DNA of 64,000 nucleotides. Origin: Methanolinea sp. Lineage in GTDB: Archaea; Halobacteriota; Methanomicrobia; Methanomicrobiales; Methanospirillaceae. Of the stretch, positions 38,772 through 49,422 are shown piece by piece (position 1 is the first letter of the stretch; each line of letters opens with the position of its first letter). The translations under genes and the position numbers were made by a program. The stretch is from the NCBI GenBank assembly GCA_024518585.1, contig JANIHI010000008.1, positions 6,989 through 70,988 of the forward strand, read 5' to 3'. The notes under the pieces are model-generated. The model was given only the letters and a program-made list of their open reading frames with translations, searched no databases and was not told where the DNA came from.

Positions 38772-39455
38772 TTACCTGGTCTTCCACCTGTAGACAGAGT
38801 AGGAGAGGGCAAGGATTGCAATGACTGCCACGAGGGTGACGATCCCTGCCGTGATGTCGGAGAGGAGGAGGTCCTTGATTGCCTGGGAGCCAATGGCAAT
38901 CAGCGTGCACCCGAGGAACGCCCCGATGGTGATGGCAAGAAGGGTGCGGCCGGGGGACAGGCCGATCATCCAGCCCACGAGCGAGCCACCGATGCCTCCG
39001 CTCCCCTGGAGGGGGAACATCACGAAGAGGACGACACCGGAGAAATAGAACTTCTCGAGCCAGGGACGTTTTCTCACGAAGTCATTCCCCTTTTCGAGGA
39101 ACCGCCGGATCCAGCGGCCGAGGATGGGTATCCTCACCGCGACGTCACAGTTCAACGCCATGAATATCCCGGCGAGCACGTCCATCAATCCTATGGAGAA
39201 GGCAATCAGCCACCAGGGGAGACCAAGGGCGATGCCCAGGGGCACGATGCTCTCCTTTCCAGCCGGGGGGACAAGGTAGCCCAGCATCAGGCCACCGAGC
39301 AGGAGTGCACTGTCGTATGGCATGAAGAGAAAGCAGAGGAGGATATAAAAACCCCCGATGACGAATGGAATGGCAATATGGACGAGCCTTTCGTGGAGAG
39401 GGATACTCTTCGCCGGACAGATCTCAAACAGGGATGTCTTGAGCGGAACGTCCAT
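38772..39455 (-). CDS. Small multidrug export (COG2426-like) membrane protein
   Basis: PPAGKESIVPLGIALG and FVMFPLQGSGGIGG motifs. Confidence 0.75.
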   Translation of the reverse strand: MDVPLKTSLFEICPAKSIPLHERLVHIAIPFVIGGFYILLCFLFMPYDSALLLGGLMLGYLVPPAGKESIVPLGIALGLPWWLIAFSIGLMDVLAGIFMALNCDVAVRIPILGRWIRRFLEKGNDFVRKRPWLEKFYFSGVVLFVMFPLQGSGGIGGSLVGWMIGLSPGRTLLAITIGAFLGCTLIAIGSQAIKDLLLSDITAGIVTLVAVIAILALSYSVYRWKTR

Positions 39456-39598
39456 GGGAAACACGTGACCGGGAATCTGTTGCAGGATTTCTCGTCCCCG
39501 ATAACCAAAAAATGTGCCCATTTATCCCTGGCAAGACAGCGCCCCTCCCCGTGAACCTCGTATTTTATGACGTGGGGAAACCAGAACAGGCTAGTGTT

Positions 39599-40279
39599 AT
39601 GGACATCATCGGGCACAGGGGTGCGGCTGCTGCAGCACCCGAAAATACCCTGTCGGCCGTCCGCCTTGGGATGGAATGTGCCGATTACGTGGAAGTGGAC
39701 GTGCGACTCTCCCGTGACCATGTCCCGGTCATCATGCATGACCCGACAGTCGACAGGACGACGAACGGAAGCGGGCGCGTCGGAGAGTTCACGGCTGCCG
39801 ATCTCCGCCTCCTCGATGCCGGGAAAGGCGAACACGTCCCGACCCTCGAAGAGGTATGCCTTCTCGTGGGGGGGAAATCAGGTCTCTGCATCGAGATTAA
39901 GGAGCCTGGGAGTGAACTTGAAGTATGCGGGGTCCTCGACCGGGTAGCAAGGGGACCACTCCTCGTGGTATCGTTCCACCGTGCCGCGCTTGCGATGGTC
40001 CATGACGTTCTGCCAGACGTCCCCCTTGGCCTCATCCACACCCAGCCAGTGCCCCCGACACCAAGGAAGGGTGAAGATCCGCCATTCTGGGCATACCTGC
40101 CACGGTTCGACACCCTTACCCGGGATGCCGTTGCCGAGGTCCACGCACGGGGCATGCGTGTTATCCCCTGGACACTTGATTCGATTGCTGAATGGGAAAG
40201 GGCCCGCGAAATGGGAGTTGACGGGTTTGCAACTGACGACCCCTGTGGTGCCTGGAGCTGGAGGAAGACTGTGGAATAG
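39599..40279 (+). CDS. Glycerophosphodiester phosphodiesterase
   Basis: IIGHRGA...PENT, EVDVRLSRD, HDPTVDRTT, EIK and GVDGFATD motifs. Confidence 0.92.
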   Translation: MDIIGHRGAAAAAPENTLSAVRLGMECADYVEVDVRLSRDHVPVIMHDPTVDRTTNGSGRVGEFTAADLRLLDAGKGEHVPTLEEVCLLVGGKSGLCIEIKEPGSELEVCGVLDRVARGPLLVVSFHRAALAMVHDVLPDVPLGLIHTQPVPPTPRKGEDPPFWAYLPRFDTLTRDAVAEVHARGMRVIPWTLDSIAEWERAREMGVDGFATDDPCGAWSWRKTVE

Positions 40280-40387
40280 TCATGCATACCTGGAATCCTT
40301 TTCACCGGTAAAAATCCCGGGAATTTTTTTCGTGGCACAGTGGCAACCTTTTTGGCCGTCTTTGACTACACCAGCCTGTGAAAGCAG

Positions 40388-42166
40388 ATGGACACCGGAA
40401 TCCTCCTCGTCTTGGCCGTCGTTCTCGGGACGCTCGTCCTTTTTGCAAGCGACCTGATACGGGTCGACCTGGTCGCGATCCTCGCATGTCTTGCCCTCGC
40501 GTGGTTCGGTCTCGTCACGCCACAGGAGGCACTTTCCGGTTTTTCCTCAAATGCTGTCGTTGCCATGGCGGCCGTCATGGTGCTGGGAGCAGGACTGAAG
40601 CGCGCGGGGGTAACATCGCGACTTGCAGCCCTGATCGTCCGGTATGCCGGGACCGCCGAGAGGCGGGTCGTGGCCGCGACCTCGCTTGCAGTCGGCCTCC
40701 TCTCGTCCGTCATCCACAATGTCAGCGCAGCGGCCGTCTTCCTCCCGGCGACAGGAAGGATCGCGAGGCGGACAGGCATTCCCGTTTCGCGCCTGATGAT
40801 GCCCATCGGGTTTGCTGCAATCCTCGGGGGGACAGTGACGATGATCGGGTCAGGACCCCTGATAGTCCTCAATGACCTGCTCCGCCAGGCCGGAGCCGAA
40901 CCCTTCTCCCTCTTTGCAGTCACTCCCATCGGCATTGTCCTCCTCCTTGCGGGAGTTGCCCTCTTCTCCCTTGCCGGAGAAAGGATACCCCCCCGATGGG
41001 GGCAGAAGTACCCGGGCTATCAGTCCCGGAGATCTGGAAGATAGACCAGCCCCTCATGACCTGCCGGATAGGGGAATCATCATCCCTGTCAGGGAAGACC
41101 CGCGAGGAGATCTTTTCAGGGAACCCGCATGGTCTCACCCTCCTCGCAATCCGGGATGGGGACGATATCCAGGTCGCGCCCTCCCGCTGGACACAGTTCG
41201 AGTCAGGGCAGGAACTCGCAGTCCTCGGTCCGAAAGAGGGTTTCGAGCAGTTTACAAGGGAAAAAGGGTGTATTCCGGACGGGGAGGCGGGGAGTCTCGC
41301 CGAAATGCTCACCGGAGGGGGATACGGTTTTGCAGAGCTCGTTGTGAGGCCGCGGGCGTCCATCATAGGGAAGACACCGCGGGAGATCATGTTCCGGAAG
41401 ACTTTTGGCATCGAACCCATCGTTCACGTGAGGGGGAGAGACCGAGACCCGGGCTGACTTCTCTGACATGCCCTTTGCTGCCGGCGATATCATCGTTGCG
41501 TTCGGTTCATGGGAGAACCTCATGGTTCTTGCGGGGCATACCGACCTGCAGCTGATATCTCAGCCGGAGGGAGACCCTGTGCAGTACCGGAAGGGGTACC
41601 TTGCCGTGCTGATCTTCGCTGCGTCACTTGGACTCACCCTGACCGGTGTCCCCCTCTCTCTTTCACTTCTCACGGGTGCAGTGGCCATGGTCCTCTCCGG
41701 GATACTCGGCGCTGCCGACGTTTACCGGGCGGTCGACTGGAAGACCATCGTCCTCATCGGGGGACTGATCCCCCTCGGAATAGCCGTTGAAAAGAGCGGG
41801 GCAGCCTCGCTCCTCGCAGGATCGCTGACCGGCATGCTTTCCGGTGCGCATCCGCTCGTGGTCATGCTTGTCGTCGCCCTGGTTGCAACGGGCCTCTCCC
41901 TCATCATCTCGAACGTTGCAGCAACAATCCTCCTTGTCCCGCTCGTGATGCTGGCAGGCCAGGGCATGGGTGTTGACCCGAGGGCCCTTGCCCTCCTCGT
42001 GGCAGTCTGTGCCCAGAACAGCTTCATTCTCCCCACGCACCAGGTCAATGCACTCCTCATGGGACCGGGGGGATACCGCCCGAGGGATTATATCAGGACA
42101 GGGAGCATCATGTCGGCAGTGTTCATTGCCATCGCCGTCACCCTCATGTATCTCATTGCTCTATAG
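40388..42166 (+). pseudogene. SLC13/DASS family permease with TrkA-C domains, two frameshifts
   Basis: The N-terminal TM region (ALSGFSSNAV, GGTVTMIG), TrkA-C middle and C-terminal TM region (VDWKTI, ISNVAAT, PTHQVN, GGYR) are split over three ORFs. The shifts lie near 40990 and 41433. Confidence 0.8.
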
Positions 42167-42172
42167 AACGGT

Positions 42173-43514
42173 ATGATAATCCAGCAGTTCTTTGTCCCCG
42201 GAATAGCCCACAGTTCCTACATCGTTGCCGGGAACAGAACATGCGCGGTCATTGACCCAAGCCGCGATACCGGGAAGTATATCGATTTTGCACGCGCCAA
42301 TGGTCTTTCCATCACGCATATCCTTGAAACGCACCTCCATGCAGATTTCGTATCGGGTCACCTCGACCTGGCCGATGAAACCGGTGCAGAAATATTCGCA
42401 CCGCGGGCAGGACGCTGCTCTTTTCCCCATCAGGGGGTAATAGAGGGCGATGAGATCCCGATCGAGGACATGGCATACACCCGAGCATGTCTGCTACATT
42501 GCAACCGACAAATCCCGGGGCAGGACGCCGGTCGCGCTCTTCTCGGGTGACACCCTCTTTGTCGGCGACGTCGGCCGCCCCGACCTCTTTCCCGGCCGGG
42601 CAGAGGAACTCGCCACATCACTGTTTGAGAACCTGCAGGCCAAGGTCCTCACACTCCCGGACGAGTGCGAACTGTACCCCGCACACGGCATGGGCTCGCT
42701 CTGTGGCAGGGCAATGGCGGCAAAGAGGACGAGCACGATTGGGTACGAAAGAAAGTACAACTACGCGCTCCAAATCCGGGATCGAGAGGAATTCGTCCGG
42801 GCACTCACGTCCGACATGCCGGCCGCGCCTGATCATTTCTCCCGCTGCTCGGAGATAAACCGGAAAGGCCCTGCCCTGATGCGGGATCTCCCAAAACCCG
42901 TCCCGCTTGCACCGGAGGAATTCAACCGGCGGGCGTGCGGAGACGGTGCCGTGCTCCTGGATGTGCGGGGCTATCCTGCTTTCTCCGGTCTCCACATCCC
43001 GGGATCATGGCATATCGACCTTTCCGGGAACTTTCCCACCCAGGCGGGATGGGTCCTCCCCCCCGGGCAGGATGTCTATCTCGTCGTCGAGAACAGAGAA
43101 CAGGCCATGGAAGCCGCGCTCCAGCTGAAGCGCGTCGGATTCGACCGGGTAGCCGGGTACCTCGATGGCGGGATGCTGCTTTGGGGTACTGCCGGTCTCC
43201 CCATCGACCGGGTCCCGGTCATTGGACCTGCCGACGCGCACGCACTCCTTAGGAAAGGTGATGCAGTCCTCGTAGACGTCAGGTCACGGGAGGAGTGCAC
43301 GGCTGCCTCAGTGGAAGGTTCAGTCCATATCCCCTGGCATGACCTCCGTGCACGGTACACGGAGCTAGACCCGGGGATGCACACCATTGTCATGTGCAGG
43401 GGAGGGCAGAGGGCGAGCATTGCGGCGAGCATCCTGAAGATGAAAGGGTTCAAATCTGTGTCCAACCTCGGAGGCGGTTTCTCGGCGTACCAGAAGGCAG
43501 GTTTCGTATCCTGA
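42173..43514 (+). pseudogene. MBL-fold persulfide dioxygenase-like protein with tandem rhodanese domains, frameshifted
   Basis: ETHLHADFVSG in the first ORF, and HTPEH, GDTLFVGDVGRPDL, PAHG and the rhodanese CRGGQR in the second. The break is at about 42472. Confidence 0.85.
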
Positions 43515-43565
43515 TGGGAGGTCTTATGAGGGTGGAGTGCTCCTCCTACAGATCAGGGTATCCTG

Positions 43566-44090
43566 ATGTTTGAATGGTTATTTTCGGCGACCTGGTCGCC
43601 TGTCGTCGTCGGCGCAGGGATTGGCGTCCTGATATGGATGACATTTCTCCTCTCCGACCGGCCACTCGGAGTGTCGACTGCCTACGCAAAGACGGCAGGC
43701 ATGGTCGAGAAGGCAATATCGCGGGAAAATGTTAAATCGATGCCGTACTACCGCCAGGTGACCCCGGAGGTGGACTGGCAGTGGACGATCATCATCGGGG
43801 TCATTGCAGGCGGGTTCATCTCGGCATACTTATCGGGGACATTTGCCCTTTCTGCCGTCCCCCCGCTGTTCGCCGCAACTTTCGGGACCGACACCCTCTT
43901 GCGTTTCTCTGTCGCACTCGCAGGCGGTATAATCATGGGTATCGGTGCCCGCTGGGCCGGCGGGTGCACGTCCGGTCACGGTATCTCCGGCACGCTCCAG
44001 CTCTCCCTTGCGAGCTGGGTCGCGGTGGTCTGCTTCTTTGCCGGGGGGATCCTCGCAGCTGGACTCCTCTTTGGTTTTGGGTTCCTGTGA
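43566..44090 (+). CDS. YeeE/YedE family sulfur-compound transporter subunit
   Basis: PLGVST and GARWAGGCTSGHGISG motifs. Confidence 0.9.
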   Translation: MFEWLFSATWSPVVVGAGIGVLIWMTFLLSDRPLGVSTAYAKTAGMVEKAISRENVKSMPYYRQVTPEVDWQWTIIIGVIAGGFISAYLSGTFALSAVPPLFAATFGTDTLLRFSVALAGGIIMGIGARWAGGCTSGHGISGTLQLSLASWVAVVCFFAGGILAAGLLFGFGFL

Positions 44091-44102
44091 GGTGAAAGCG
44101 TC

Positions 44103-44660
44103 ATGCCATTCGAAGGAATAAGGCAGAACAGGTCTCTCCAGGTTCTCCTCGGGCTCGTCTTTGGCATTGCATTCGGTTTTCTCCTCCAGAGGGGAGGAGT
44201 GACACTGTATGACGTGATCATCGGGCAGCTCCTCCTCTCTGACTTCACGGTCGTGAAGGTGATGCTCTCTGCCATCCTCGTCGGGATGATTGGCGTCCAC
44301 GCGATGAAGACTGCCGATCTTGTCCGCCTCCACGTCCGGGCAGGCTCTGTCGGCTCGACCGTCATCGGGGGCCTTATCTTTGGTGTCGGGTTTGCGGTCC
44401 TTGGGTACTGTCCCGGAACAGCCGCCGGTGCACTTGGGTCGGGGGCACTCGATGCAGCGGTCGGAATGGCCGGGATCGTGATCGGCGCGGGTATCTTTGC
44501 CCGGCTCTACCCGGCCCTCGAGGGGGCTGTCCTGAACCGCGGGAAGTTCCCGGCTGAGACCATCCCGCAACTATTCGGCGTCTCTCCCGCGCCCGTTGCC
44601 GGGGCAGTCGCCGCCATGATCGTTGTCGTCCTCGCCCTGCTCGCGTTCATGGGCCTGTGA
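44103..44660 (+). CDS. YeeE/YedE family sulfur-compound transporter subunit
   Basis: FGFLLQRGG and GGLIFGVGFAVLGYCPGT motifs. Confidence 0.9.
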   Translation: MPFEGIRQNRSLQVLLGLVFGIAFGFLLQRGGVTLYDVIIGQLLLSDFTVVKVMLSAILVGMIGVHAMKTADLVRLHVRAGSVGSTVIGGLIFGVGFAVLGYCPGTAAGALGSGALDAAVGMAGIVIGAGIFARLYPALEGAVLNRGKFPAETIPQLFGVSPAPVAGAVAAMIVVVLALLAFMGL

Positions 44661-44690
44661 GACCGGCCCCTAGACCTGGTGCACTGGCGC

Positions 44691-45134
44691 ATGGTCAATA
44701 TCCTCCTCGGGGTCGGAAACCCCCTTCGCCGGGACGACGGCGTGGGGAATTACGTGGCGGCGAACTTCCGCCGGGAGGGCTGGAGGTCGATTGACTGCGG
44801 GACCGTGCCGGAGAATTTCACGGGCATCGTCAGGAAGGAGCATCCCCCCCTCCTCGTCATCGTCGACGCGGCAGAGATGGGCATGTCCCCCGGGGATTTT
44901 TACGTGGTCCCAAAGGAGAGGGTGAAGGACGTCTCCTTCGGGACGCACCAGCTCCCGCTCGACGTCATCGTGGACTATCTCGCCCATTCTGCCGGACGGA
45001 TAGTCATTATCGGGATCCAGCCCCGGGTTGTAGAGACAGGGGAAGGGCTCTCCCCCCCCGTCCGGGAAGGGGCAGACAGGCTCATCGGGCGCCTGGCACG
45101 GGGAGAACTGGACACGATCCCCGTGTTTTGGTAA
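44691..45134 (+). CDS. hycI: Hydrogenase maturation endopeptidase
   Basis: LGVGNPLRRDDGVG, GTVPENF, IVDAA and THQLPL motifs. Confidence 0.9.
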   Translation: MVNILLGVGNPLRRDDGVGNYVAANFRREGWRSIDCGTVPENFTGIVRKEHPPLLVIVDAAEMGMSPGDFYVVPKERVKDVSFGTHQLPLDVIVDYLAHSAGRIVIIGIQPRVVETGEGLSPPVREGADRLIGRLARGELDTIPVFW

Positions 45135-45352
45135 CGGGCGGGCTGGAGCCGGCTTTGACGGGACCTTCTTTCCCGGCAGGAATCCCTCAAGCCTTCCGGG
45201 AAAAAATCCCATTCGTCTCCCCGGGACACAACAAGAAAGGATGAAAGTGGCAAAGCCCCTTTTGGCGGAACCGCCCTTGAACGGTCTGCAGTCAGGCAAA
45301 AGAGGGGAAAATCACGAATTGATCTTCCTGTTTAAAAAAAGGTGGCCTTTTT

Positions 45353-45757
45353 CTACTCCACGATCAGCTCTTCGGCATACCTGTCCTCCCCGGCGAGGAG
45401 GAATGCATCCGTCATGGAAAGGCAGCTCTTCGGGCAGATGCTCGTGCACTGGGAGCAGAAGATGCACTGGTCGACCCAGACACGGATCTTTTTGGTATCA
45501 GGGATGAACTCAATGGCGTGGGCAGGACAGACCTTCACGCAGAGCGTGCACCCGATGCAGGAGTCCCTGTCGTAGGCAATCTTTCCCCGGAACTTTGGCG
45601 GTGTCGGGACGGGTGGGTTCGCGGCAGCCCGACCGGCCTGCACCTCCCGGAGAAAGACCCGTATTGAGGGTGGGAGGTACTTGGCCGGGAACCGGTTCGT
45701 TGCTGGCCTCCGGAAGAGCTGGCGGACGAGCTCGGGGACGAGCGGAAGGGTCCTCAT
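45353..45757 (-). CDS. mbhN: Mbh 2x[4Fe-4S] subunit (NuoI-like)
   Basis: PATNRFP, FRGK, CIGCTLCVKVCP and CIFCSQCTSICP motifs. Confidence 0.88.
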   Translation of the reverse strand: MRTLPLVPELVRQLFRRPATNRFPAKYLPPSIRVFLREVQAGRAAANPPVPTPPKFRGKIAYDRDSCIGCTLCVKVCPAHAIEFIPDTKKIRVWVDQCIFCSQCTSICPKSCLSMTDAFLLAGEDRYAEELIVE

Positions 45758-46773
45758 ACCCCCACCCCCGCCAGGGGTCCCGCGACCACATCGGCCATCA
45801 GGAGGACCATTCCGGCAAGGCCGATGACAGAGAGGTAGACCCAGTAGAACGAGACGAGCTCGTTGATCCGGAAGCGGGCCATCGCGACGCGGACGAGGGT
45901 GACGGCAAAGAAGAGGACGAGGACTGCCTTGAGGAGGAAGAAGAGGAGATCGGCAGCCTGGGCGATGACGGGGGGCATCGCAAGGAAGGAGGAGATGTTC
46001 CAGGGGAAGAAGACAGCCACGATGACCGCCGCGAGGACGAGCGTCTTTGCAGCCTGGGCCAGGGAAAACATCGCGAGGTTCCTGCCTGAATACTCGACCA
46101 GCAGGCCTCCTGCAAGTTCGGTCTCGGCCTCCTGCGTGTCGAACGGGACGCGGGAGAGCTCGGCGGGTGTGACGGCAGCAAGCACGATGATGAGGAGGAA
46201 AACGCCGATGATGCCCAACGGCCCTGTCACAGTCCATATCGGGTTTGCAGCGATGGACTGGAGTGCAAACGGGTGGGAGATACCTGCTGCACCAAGCCTC
46301 CAGGCAACCCCGATGACAACGACTGCAAGCGGGAACTCGTAGGCGATCATGGTCACCATCTCGCGCTGTGCCCCGACGGTGGCGTAGGGCGACCCGGATG
46401 CAAAGCCGCCCGCAACGAGTGCGAGTGCGGGGACTGTGAGGAGGTACATTACCAGCACGAGGTCACCATACGGCCCGAGAACGGGCATCGTGCTCGCGAC
46501 CGGTATGTAGAAGAGGACCAGGATGCTCGAGACCAGTGCGACGACAGGTGCAGCGGAAAAAAGCCAGGGGATGGCATTGGCCGGGACCACGTTCTCCTTC
46601 TGGAGGAGCTTGACCGTGTCGATGAAGGGCTGCCGGACCGGGGGCCCTATCCGTGCCTGCATATGCGCGGCAAGCTTCCTGTCGATCCCCGAGAGGAAGA
46701 GTCCCCCCGCAAGGGCAAACACGGAGAGGGCGGCACACCACGCTACCAGGAGGGCGATCTCTGCCGGGTTCAT
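45754..46773 (-). CDS. mbhM: Mbh membrane anchor subunit (NuoH-like)
   Basis: DRKLAAHMQARIGPP, PFDTQEAETELAGG and EYSG motifs. Confidence 0.9.
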   Translation of the reverse strand: MNPAEIALLVAWCAALSVFALAGGLFLSGIDRKLAAHMQARIGPPVRQPFIDTVKLLQKENVVPANAIPWLFSAAPVVALVSSILVLFYIPVASTMPVLGPYGDLVLVMYLLTVPALALVAGGFASGSPYATVGAQREMVTMIAYEFPLAVVVIGVAWRLGAAGISHPFALQSIAANPIWTVTGPLGIIGVFLLIIVLAAVTPAELSRVPFDTQEAETELAGGLLVEYSGRNLAMFSLAQAAKTLVLAAVIVAVFFPWNISSFLAMPPVIAQAADLLFFLLKAVLVLFFAVTLVRVAMARFRINELVSFYWVYLSVIGLAGMVLLMADVVAGPLAGVGV

Positions 46774-47999
46774 CCCTGCAGCCTCCTTGTCTTCTCCACG
46801 GAGAGACGGTGGAGGTCATCCTTGGAGAGAATGGACCTCCTGTTGTCCTGCACGATGGCTACCCTGTCGGTGCAGGAGAGGCACGGATCAATGGACGCCA
46901 CGATGATCGGGATATCGGCAATCTGTGACCCCCGGAGCATGGGTATCCAGGACATCAGGTTCGAGTAGGACGATGCCTTGACCTTCCACGAGGCGGGGGA
47001 GTCCTTCCCCTCCATCCGGACGTAGTGGAGACACTCGCCCCGGGGGGCTTCGACCCTCCCGATACCTTCCCCCGTCGCCTTCTTGCAGGTCGCGAGGAGC
47101 TTCACCAGCTTCTCCTCGGCGGTGACAGGCCCTGCCGGCATCTCCGAGAGGCACTGCCGGATGATCTGGCAGGACTGGCCGACCTCGAGCAGGCGCACGA
47201 CGATCCTATCGTAGACATCACCGTGGGTCTCGCCCAGGTGCCGTTCGGGCAGGATGGCCTTCACGTCCAGGTCGCCGTAGGCGGCGTACGGGTAGTCCTG
47301 GCGGAGGTCGACGTTCACCCCGGATGCCCGTGCCGTCGGGCCGACAGTGCAGAGCTCGAGGGCGTCCCTGCGCGAGAGGACACCGACGTCTCGGCACCGC
47401 ATCTGGATGGTCCTGTCGTCCAGGAAGAAAGAGAGGAGGGTGTCGAGCAGCCCCTCGTACGTGGCAAGGCACTTCTCGATGACCGGGTGCTGCTCCGGCA
47501 CAATATCCCTGCGGACTCCCCCGACCTGCACGATCCCGTAGTTGACGCGGTTCCCCGTCAGGTTCTCGATCACGTCCATGGCCTCCTCCCTGACCCTCCA
47601 GGTGAGGTGGAGGAGCGAGTCGAACCCGAGCTCGTGGGCTGCAACGCCTGCCCAGAGGAGGTGGGACTGGATGCGCTCGAACTCGTGCACGATCGCCCTG
47701 ATGTAGTCCGCCCTCTCGGGGACCTCGATGCCGGCGATCTGTTCGACGGCGAGAGAGAAGGAGAGCGAGTGGACGACACCGCAGATCCCGCAGATCCTGT
47801 CGGTCAGGTGGACGATCTGGACGGGGTTCCGACGCATCCCCATCCACTCGATACCCCGGTGTGCCTGGCCGGGGGCAAAGTCGACGTCCTTGACGACCTC
47901 TCCCTCCATTTCGAAGGTAAACATCACGGGTTCCTTGAGTGCAGGGTGGTTCGGGCCTATCGGGACCCGGTACGGTGCTTTTTTCGCCTCGCCACTCAT
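46770..47999 (-). CDS. mbhL: Mbh [NiFe] hydrogenase large subunit
   Basis: RICGIC and DPCLSCTDR retain all four Cys ligands; also EAPRGE and a C-terminal extension. Confidence 0.92.
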   Translation of the reverse strand: MSGEAKKAPYRVPIGPNHPALKEPVMFTFEMEGEVVKDVDFAPGQAHRGIEWMGMRRNPVQIVHLTDRICGICGVVHSLSFSLAVEQIAGIEVPERADYIRAIVHEFERIQSHLLWAGVAAHELGFDSLLHLTWRVREEAMDVIENLTGNRVNYGIVQVGGVRRDIVPEQHPVIEKCLATYEGLLDTLLSFFLDDRTIQMRCRDVGVLSRRDALELCTVGPTARASGVNVDLRQDYPYAAYGDLDVKAILPERHLGETHGDVYDRIVVRLLEVGQSCQIIRQCLSEMPAGPVTAEEKLVKLLATCKKATGEGIGRVEAPRGECLHYVRMEGKDSPASWKVKASSYSNLMSWIPMLRGSQIADIPIIVASIDPCLSCTDRVAIVQDNRRSILSKDDLHRLSVEKTRRLQG

Positions 48000-48643
48000 T
48001 TCTCAACCCCCCTTGTCAATCCTTCGGCGGGTGCCGCCGCGGGAGTTCCTTCACCGGCCGCCGTGCCGGGTCTCTTCCCTTCCACTGGCGGTGCAGGGCG
48101 ATTTTCCGGCCTCTTCGACTTCCAGAGGTCCTTTACCATTCCCTCCTGGACACCCGTCCCGTCTTTTCGCCACGGAAAGACACCGTCGGGGAAGTCCTCG
48201 GGCAGGAAGAGGCGCCTGTTGTCAGGGATGCCGGTCACCCGTATGCCAAAGAACTCCTGTTTCTCCCTCTCGGAGAAGACGGCACCCGGTATGAGGTCCG
48301 AGATGGTCGGGACCGTTGGGTCGGACTTGGGCAGGGGAATCGCGAAGGTGACCATGTACTCGCTCTTTGGACTCCCGTACTGGATGGAGAAGATGTAGAG
48401 GAGGCGGATTGCATCACCGAGGTCTGCCCCCGCGATCACCGAGAGGTGGGGGAACTGGATCTCCATCAATGCCTGGATTGCAGGTTTGAGGAAGTCGCGG
48501 TCAAGCTCGACCCAGAGGGTGTAGTGCGGCACCCTCTTTTTGCCCTGGTCCCACCTCCTGATGGAAGTATCCCTGATGCCCTGGGAAAGGCGCGAGGCCA
48601 GGTGCGCCATGACCTCTTCGGGAGTAAGAGTCCCTTCCTTCAT
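47996..48643 (-). CDS. mbhK: Mbh subunit K (NuoC-like)
   Basis: PTISDLIPGA, EREKQEFFG and FLPEDFP..FPWRKD motifs. Confidence 0.88.
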   Translation of the reverse strand: MKEGTLTPEEVMAHLASRLSQGIRDTSIRRWDQGKKRVPHYTLWVELDRDFLKPAIQALMEIQFPHLSVIAGADLGDAIRLLYIFSIQYGSPKSEYMVTFAIPLPKSDPTVPTISDLIPGAVFSEREKQEFFGIRVTGIPDNRRLFLPEDFPDGVFPWRKDGTGVQEGMVKDLWKSKRPENRPAPPVEGKRPGTAAGEGTPAAAPAEGLTRGVEK

Positions 48644-49074
48644 GCCTTCACCCCCTCGAGCCGTTCCAGTTTCTCAAGTGCCTTCACGACCCCGTGGATG
48701 ATCGCTTCGGGCCGTGGCGGGCAGCCCGGGACGTAGACATCGACAGGGATGACCTCGTCCACGGGACCATCCAGGTTGTACGAGTCGTAGAAGACACCGC
48801 CGGAGATCCCGCAGGCCCCGATGCACATCACGAGTTTCGGGTCGGGGATCTGCTGGTAGACCCGGAGAAGACGGTCTTTCATCCTGTGGACGACGGGGCC
48901 TGTTACGAGCATGACGTCTGCGTGCCGCGGGCTCCCGACGAGCTTTATCCCGAACCGTTCGGGGTCATACCGGGGTGTGAGGGTGGCCACGATCTCGATC
49001 TCGCACCCGTTGCAGGACCCGGAATTGAAGTGGTAGACCCAGAGTGACCGGTTGAACAGTGCATTCAGTTTCAT
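48640..49074 (-). CDS. mbhJ: Mbh small [4Fe-4S] subunit (NuoB-like)
   Basis: GSCNGCEIE, SPRHAD, GACG and PGCPPRP motifs. Confidence 0.92.
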   Translation of the reverse strand: MKLNALFNRSLWVYHFNSGSCNGCEIEIVATLTPRYDPERFGIKLVGSPRHADVMLVTGPVVHRMKDRLLRVYQQIPDPKLVMCIGACGISGGVFYDSYNLDGPVDEVIPVDVYVPGCPPRPEAIIHGVVKALEKLERLEGVKA

Positions 49075-49418
49075 CGGAAGACCACCACCACGATGAAAAA
49101 CAGGGCAGTTATTCCCATGTACCAGAGGACGTAGTCATCGAGGTCTCCGGTGTGCAGGGGGACAAGCCGCCGGTAGTACCCGTCCATTGCATCCAGGAAT
49201 CCCCAGTAGAGGTTCCCGGAGCGGACGTGTACGAGCCCCTTCTCCGGTTCCGGGTTCCCCGATATGAAGGGTTCTGTCTGGGCGGTCCCCTTCTTGTAGC
49301 CCCTTTCACCGAGGGAGTAGAGGAAAACGGCGATGACCCCGGCGACAGCGGTCCCGAGGACCCAGAGAAGCGGGTTCCAGAAGCCGGTGCCGGTATCGAG
49401 GGTAAAAAGCATGTCCAT
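49071..49418 (-). CDS. mbhI: Mbh subunit I
   Basis: GFWNP, FISGNPEP and HTGDLDDYVLW motifs, plus its position in the operon. Confidence 0.8.
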   Translation of the reverse strand: MDMLFTLDTGTGFWNPLLWVLGTAVAGVIAVFLYSLGERGYKKGTAQTEPFISGNPEPEKGLVHVRSGNLYWGFLDAMDGYYRRLVPLHTGDLDDYVLWYMGITALFFIVVVVFR

Positions 49419-49422
49419 CGTC

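Noticed and set aside
46770..47999. Interpretation as Mbs/Mbx sulfane reductase because of the neighbouring sulfur genes
   Set aside because: All four Ni-binding Cys and a maturation protease are present, indicating a true hydrogenase.
47025..48398. 457-aa ORF antisense to mbhL/K, and similar long antisense ORFs over DUF2193, aor, usp and livM
   Set aside because: Mirror-frame artefacts of strongly biased coding strands.
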